Sequence record: MK327937.1
Direction: 5' to 3' (one strand)
Origin: Escherichia phage vB_EcoM_G10400
Length of the DNA: 64,000 nt
Shown here: positions 59,317-64,000 of the stretch, piece by piece
How positions within the stretch are numbered: position 1 is the first letter of the stretch
How the letters are laid out: every line of letters starts with the position of its first letter
Program-made: the position numbers and the translations under genes
The notes under the pieces: model-generated
The model's database searches: none
What the model saw: the letters and a program-made list of their open reading frames with translations, nothing else
Told to the model about the DNA's origin: nothing

Positions 59317-61374
59317 TTATCCTTGAACGAACTTGTAAGGCATGTTTGCAATATCTATACAAGACGCAATAATTCCAAGAGATGATTCTACTTTCTGTTT
59401 AACATTTGATGAAACAAATGATGCAAAGTCAACTCTGTCTTCTACTTCAATATCACCTGTCATTGTAACTACTTCGCCGGTTTCCATTAGACGGTCACCG
59501 TCATAAATTACCGATTCGGTGAGTTCTTCTGTGGTCATAACTTCAGCTTGAATAAGCTTGTTGTTAGTTTTAACTGTTCCATCATTGTAAGATGCATCGG
59601 TTATTTTATTAACTTTGACCATTAATCCACGTGGCAAAATGACTTCCATTTCATTTGAAGGTGCTAAACTTCCACCTGGTAAAACAACATTGACTTTATC
59701 AGCCCCAGTAATAACCCATCCAATTCCAACTAAATTATCGCTAGAATTTACTAGTCCTTCATCAGTTTTATCAATAGAAACACTTAAACGCTTTTCGTCT
59801 GGTAAAACACCCACAGATGAATCAGTCATCCAGGTACCAAAAATATTTGGATATAATGATGTTGACACAAAGTTTCTAAAATAAAAAACTCGATTTTTTA
59901 CCATTGCTTCATATATTGAAGGTAACATTCGTTGTGAACGATACAAAGTAATACCTTTTGGTAATCGTTCACCATTTTTAAAGGCTGAATCTAAATTATC
60001 AATAGCTTTTTCTATGTCAGATGCTGTCAAAATACTTGTACGCTCATCTGGATTATATAATCCCAAAAGAGCATTATTTATATCTACATATCCTGAACCT
60101 ACGTATTCACGAATTCCGCGTTTTTGCGCCGGTGTGTATTTAGATGAATCTTTATTTTCGACTATAGGATGTAATGACCATCCAGCGGTAAGAGCATATC
60201 CACGTAATTCTCTTCGAATAATCTTTGTTTTTATTGCATTCCAAGAATTTTGTACTAACTCATTTGCAGCATCTTGGTTTAAATGCGAATGTTTGTTAAT
60301 ATTTCTTTCAAACCAAGCACCTTTATATTTTTCTAAGGTATCATCGACGATAGAAGCAATAGTTTCTAAAGTTTTTATTGAAGTAATAGATTCTTTTTTT
60401 AATTTTTCTAAAGCTTTATTTTTTATTTCTGCATTAATAATGGATTCTTTATCTTCAGGAATTATAGAAGCTTCTCTGAATGCCATCCCAGCTGTAACAC
60501 TGCTAAGAGCATTCTCTAGTGCAAATCCTGAAGTAGAAATTACCGTTAATTCATTAGAATCAGAAATTAAAGGCGCGTCCGCTGGTTTATTTAATTCTGC
60601 CGCTGAAGCCTCAAATTTTTGAAACATCGGTGTTTCAAATCTAGAAGATTCCAATGACTGACTTTGTGCAATTGCTCTACGGGAAATTTTAACTTTAACG
60701 ATTACAGCTTGGTCAGAACGTTTATCATTTTCTTGTGCAATAGATGCTGCAATTGCCTCATTTTTAGTTACTTGAGCTCCAGTATCTTTATTGATATAAA
60801 CATCACCGACCTTCGATTCAACTTTAGTAAAGAGCTCGGTACTAATTTCTGGAACTCCTGGAATGTCTTCTAGTGATACATTTTTGCGATGTATAAGAAT
60901 ATATGCATACTTTTTATCATAATCCCAGAGTTCCTTAAGAAGGACGTATCTGCCACCTGAACGACTACGGATAAGTCTATCAGCAATAACTTGAATTTGT
61001 CGAGCTTGACCAGCGGTTTTAGACTTAAGAATACGAAGCATACAGGCATCAATTTTATACTGACGCATTGTTTGCATCGCAACAGTAAAAACTGAATTGA
61101 TATAATTAATTGGGCTTGGACCAAGACCTTTTAATTTAGCAATTGAACCTTTAGCAGTTAATGTAAAAGGAACAATATGCATCATTTTATCGCCCATCTT
61201 TAAATCGCGATTAGTATCACCTCCAGATGTATAGGTACATAAACGAAAGCCTGGTTGTTCAATTGCATCATCAACATGAACTGAAAAAATTTGCGGTATT
61301 TTCTTCTTTGGATTTAAGTTTGTAATCGGAAGAGTAGTATCTTCGTCAAATAATTCTGTAATAAGTTCCATCAT
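59317..61374 (-). CDS. alt: Alt ADP-ribosyltransferase (adjacent to gene 30, as T4 alt)
   Basis: 685 aa; MMELITELFDEDTTLPITNL...; ART motifs ITLYRSQ, FVSTSL, EMEVILPRG; TATAAATA late promoter on minus strand at 61395-61402. Confidence 0.8.
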   Translation of the reverse strand: MMELITELFDEDTTLPITNLNPKKKIPQIFSVHVDDAIEQPGFRLCTYTSGGDTNRDLKMGDKMMHIVPFTLTAKGSIAKLKGLGPSPINYINSVFTVAMQTMRQYKIDACMLRILKSKTAGQARQIQVIADRLIRSRSGGRYVLLKELWDYDKKYAYILIHRKNVSLEDIPGVPEISTELFTKVESKVGDVYINKDTGAQVTKNEAIAASIAQENDKRSDQAVIVKVKISRRAIAQSQSLESSRFETPMFQKFEASAAELNKPADAPLISDSNELTVISTSGFALENALSSVTAGMAFREASIIPEDKESIINAEIKNKALEKLKKESITSIKTLETIASIVDDTLEKYKGAWFERNINKHSHLNQDAANELVQNSWNAIKTKIIRRELRGYALTAGWSLHPIVENKDSSKYTPAQKRGIREYVGSGYVDINNALLGLYNPDERTSILTASDIEKAIDNLDSAFKNGERLPKGITLYRSQRMLPSIYEAMVKNRVFYFRNFVSTSLYPNIFGTWMTDSSVGVLPDEKRLSVSIDKTDEGLVNSSDNLVGIGWVITGADKVNVVLPGGSLAPSNEMEVILPRGLMVKVNKITDASYNDGTVKTNNKLIQAEVMTTEELTESVIYDGDRLMETGEVVTMTGDIEVEDRVDFASFVSSNVKQKVESSLGIIASCIDIANMPYKFVQG

Positions 61375-61394
61375 AGCCTCTCTAGTGTTTATTC

Positions 61395-61425
61395 TATTTA
61401 TAAAATTAAAGGCCCGAAGGCCTTT
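61395..61425 (-). promoter_or_regulatory. late promoter (minus TATAAATA at 61395-61402) for alt, plus hairpin 61408-61425 ending the gene-30 transcript
   Basis: Plus strand tatttata = minus TATAAATA; aaaggcccgaaggccttt perfect hairpin. Confidence 0.55.
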
Positions 61426-61612
61426 AATAATCTAGTGGTAAGAGAGTACGGTATATTTCAAACTTTGGACCTTTTTCATAGGCATCAAATGTTTCTGTGA
61501 ATTTATTATAAGCATATGCATCTACAAATTCGAGAATGACTTGTGATACAGAAGTAGAAACATCTCCACCTTCTTTTTGAGCAATGACAATTGTTTCTAA
61601 GTAAGCTTTCAT
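61424..61612 (-). CDS. hypothetical small protein between gene 30 and alt
   Basis: 62-aa ORF overlapping the ligase stop by 4 bp. Confidence 0.45.
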   Translation of the reverse strand: MKAYLETIVIAQKEGGDVSTSVSQVILEFVDAYAYNKFTETFDAYEKGPKFEIYRTLLPLDY

Positions 61613-63072
61613 AAACCAGTTACCTCATGAAAATCACCAAATACATCCTCGAATGTATTAGCTTTAGTTTTATCTTCACGCAAACGAATCGCAATCGGAA
61701 GAAATAATTTAACGTAATCAGTGCGGCCATCAGATTTTAACCAACCGTTGCATTCGCACTCTAGAATTTTTCCAATATAATAATTTTGGTTTTCCATAAT
61801 GCGAGTACGGTCAAGTTCATGCGATTTTACACCGGCTTTATCTTTTAAGCCTGAACCAGCATTTACTTTAATTTTTCCACACTCTGACTCAAGAATAAAT
61901 CCACCTGCTTTAGTAGGGTCTTTACGGTGAGGATAAATTCCTACAATTTTTAAATCAACATCAATTACTTCTTTAAATTTATAGAGATTTTTTGAACGAG
62001 CATTTTCCCATAATCCATCGATATTTTTGAGAATAATACCTTCAAGACCTTGGTCAATATACTTTTTATAAATTATCTTGGCTTCGTCTAGGTTATTTAC
62101 TACCTGGTTTTCAATTAAAATTACTTTATCATAGCCTGATGTCATTTGTTCTAGTTTAGAAAAACGTACATCATATTTCAAACGAAATGCAGGAAGACCG
62201 TATATTTCTACCAACGGTACATAATCCCAGACCTGAAACTTCATGCATTGTGCTTCTTTTTCAGAAATGGTTCCCTTTAAAGATTTATTGGCGATGCCAT
62301 TAGATGCAGTACGTGATTCAGCTACTTCGGCGAATTCTTTAGCTTTACTGTTTTCAGGATAAGCATCAAAAAGAAAATCTAGGCCTTCTGGCTCCTTTTT
62401 AACTTGCTCATGATATACCAATTCGCCATCAATTAACACGCCTTCTGGATGAATCTGGCGGGCTTCAGCGGTCATTTTGATTAATTCTTCCTTAAGAAGA
62501 TCTAATCCTAGATATTCATTACCAGCTCGTGATAAAAGACGAACGTCATCTAATTCATCACCTCTGACTTCGGCAAAGCACCGAGCTCCATCAGCTTTTA
62601 ACTGGGCAAAGGCTGGAAATTTGATATTCTTATTAATGCCTTTTTCATCATAAGAACTTGCAAGCATTTGAGGTTGTTCAGGAATTAAACCTGGCCAAAC
62701 TTTGTTCGCAATAGATACTGAAGCGCCACATTCAAGGTCTCGCATCATCACTCGACGCAAAACTTCAACATCATCTTTTTTACCGTCAGTAATATAACCT
62801 ACTAATTCCTCAATTGCCGCATTTCCGGTCAATTTTCGAGTAGCTAATGTAAATTCAATGAAGTCAAGCATATCAGTAATAGTCAGCATTCCAAAACTCT
62901 GGGTAGCAATACCAGGTTTAGGCCATTTCTTGATATAATACTGTAACCCACGAGAATAAGTCAGACGATATACTCGTTTAAGCAATTCATTATCTTTATT
63001 CTTTTCAAGAATTGCTTGCTTCTGCTTAGTTGAACCAATAGATGCTATTTCGTTCAGAATTTTAAGAATCAT
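61609..63072 (-). CDS. 30: ATP-dependent DNA ligase (gp30)
   Basis: 487 aa; N-terminus MILKILNEIASIGSTKQKQAILEKNKDNELLKRVY and adenylation motif around QLKADGARCF recalled as T4 DNA ligase. Confidence 0.95.
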   Translation of the reverse strand: MILKILNEIASIGSTKQKQAILEKNKDNELLKRVYRLTYSRGLQYYIKKWPKPGIATQSFGMLTITDMLDFIEFTLATRKLTGNAAIEELVGYITDGKKDDVEVLRRVMMRDLECGASVSIANKVWPGLIPEQPQMLASSYDEKGINKNIKFPAFAQLKADGARCFAEVRGDELDDVRLLSRAGNEYLGLDLLKEELIKMTAEARQIHPEGVLIDGELVYHEQVKKEPEGLDFLFDAYPENSKAKEFAEVAESRTASNGIANKSLKGTISEKEAQCMKFQVWDYVPLVEIYGLPAFRLKYDVRFSKLEQMTSGYDKVILIENQVVNNLDEAKIIYKKYIDQGLEGIILKNIDGLWENARSKNLYKFKEVIDVDLKIVGIYPHRKDPTKAGGFILESECGKIKVNAGSGLKDKAGVKSHELDRTRIMENQNYYIGKILECECNGWLKSDGRTDYVKLFLPIAIRLREDKTKANTFEDVFGDFHEVTGL

Positions 63073-63338
63073 TGTTCATCCTTTAGAGTTTGGTTTACAG
63101 CTCTATTATAAATCAATTCATCATTAAGCTCAGTCAAAGACCTGTGGTACGTTGTTCTAACTTTATTTCCTTGCATCCAGTGCTTGACGTAAATGAAACC
63201 TTGCTCTACACATTTTTTAAAAATTCGTTCGTCTTTTTGAGCTCGGAATTCTGGATTGCATCTAAAAAATTGATTTACGTGACCGTAATCACGTGTAGTA
63301 TTACCTTCATTTTCATAAATAGTGTGAACAACAAACAT
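63069..63338 (-). CDS. hypothetical protein (30.1-like by position)
   Basis: 89-aa ORF directly downstream of the ligase gene. Confidence 0.55.
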   Translation of the reverse strand: MFVVHTIYENEGNTTRDYGHVNQFFRCNPEFRAQKDERIFKKCVEQGFIYVKHWMQGNKVRTTYHRSLTELNDELIYNRAVNQTLKDEQ

Positions 63339-64000
63339 TAGAATGCTCCTTGGAAAATATTATTAGCACCAGTAGGTCTATTATACAAATACTCTATGCC
63401 ACCGGGTTTAATATAGTTCCATGTCTGAAACGGATGCGTCTGATATGGATGATATAGATGATTATAAGGATTAAATCCAGGAGTTCTCCAGGTAGTGTTC
63501 CAAGGAAAAGAATCGTTTTTAATCATCTTTTCAATTACATCTTTTATAGCTTTTTCACTATCAAAACTTTCTTTATTTTCCTTCGGTGAAAAAAGCTTAT
63601 TTTCTACATCATTCCATGTATAAACTCGCTGAGCAGTTTTTGGAATATTGTCACGCTCTCCTCGAGCCATCCAATAAACAGGAACATTTAATATTTCACT
63701 CGCATGATCGCAATGGTGAGCGAGATCGTCAATATAACAAATCACGTTATATTTCTCTTTTGCCTTTTTAAACAACTCTTCTTTTGAAGAATCATGACCA
63801 CACATCAGTACTTCTGAGAAGGCACCAGGAAAAAGAGCGTTCAAATTAAATTGACGATTCAGCAGAGCGTCAATAGAATCACCCAATGCTGTAACAGCTA
63901 CAAAATTATAATCTTCTTTTAATTTGTTAATTACACACAGAGCATCTTTATATGGAGACAAGTAACGAATAAAATCTGAACGATTGTATTTTTCAATTAG
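63338..64000 (-). CDS. 30.2-like protein (possible HAD/5'-nucleotidase-like), 5'-partial: the reading frame stays open to the window end
   Basis: The track start at 63961 is a TTG; the in-frame minus-strand translation has no stop up to position 64000, so the true start lies outside the window. Confidence 0.5.
   Translation of the reverse strand, partial: LIEKYNRSDFIRYLSPYKDALCVINKLKEDYNFVAVTALGDSIDALLNRQFNLNALFPGAFSEVLMCGHDSSKEELFKKAKEKYNVICYIDDLAHHCDHASEILNVPVYWMARGERDNIPKTAQRVYTWNDVENKLFSPKENKESFDSEKAIKDVIEKMIKNDSFPWNTTWRTPGFNPYNHLYHPYQTHPFQTWNYIKPGGIEYLYNRPTGANNIFQGAF

Noticed and set aside
57256-61374. The two alt-like ORFs considered as an assembly duplication
   Set aside because: The copies differ extensively at both DNA and protein level outside a few conserved blocks, which is inconsistent with a collapsed or expanded repeat artefact.

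Overview
This window reads as a contiguous segment of a T-even (T4-like) myovirus genome, judged from protein sequence, gene lengths and gene order recalled from memory; no database search was run. Left arm (1-11.7 kb, minus strand, early/middle genes): a Nudix hydrolase (nudE-like, partial), a run of small hypothetical and membrane proteins, the phage tRNA cluster (Leu, Gly, Pro, Ser, Thr, Ile, then segB, then Arg and tRNA-like stable RNAs), internal-protein-like ORFs, then 57B, 57A, 1, 3, 2, 4. Centre (11.7-42.3 kb, plus strand, late genes): 53, 5, 5.1, 5.4, 6-12, wac, 13-18, an HNH endonuclease ORF, then 19, 20, 67, 68, 21, 22, 23, 24. Right arm: rnlB, hoc, inh (minus); segE, uvsW, uvsW.1 (plus); uvsY, 25, 26 (minus); 51, 27, 28, 29, 48, 54 (plus); two tandem alt-like ADP-ribosyltransferase genes, DNA ligase (30), 30.1 and a 5'-partial 30.2-like ORF (minus). 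Many intergenic GC hairpins and TATAAATA late promoters are visible. Main second-look items: (1) an Illumina Nextera adapter plus poly-A and a 55-bp duplicated flank embedded at 46018-46194, which is an assembly artefact, not biology; (2) tandem full-length Alt-like paralogs; (3) a late-promoter-driven ORF with a capsid-targeting-like N-terminus flanked by near-identical 36-bp terminator repeats; (4) tRNA-Gln absent from an otherwise T4-ordered tRNA cluster, with an HNH endonuclease gene in its place; (5) an HNH endonuclease ORF between genes 18 and 19; (6) a recurring early-promoter cassette; (7) hoc carrying an extra tandem Ig-like domain. No single unambiguous novel defence or anti-defence system can be proven from sequence alone; the injected-effector candidates (items 2 and 3) are the most plausible novel biology.
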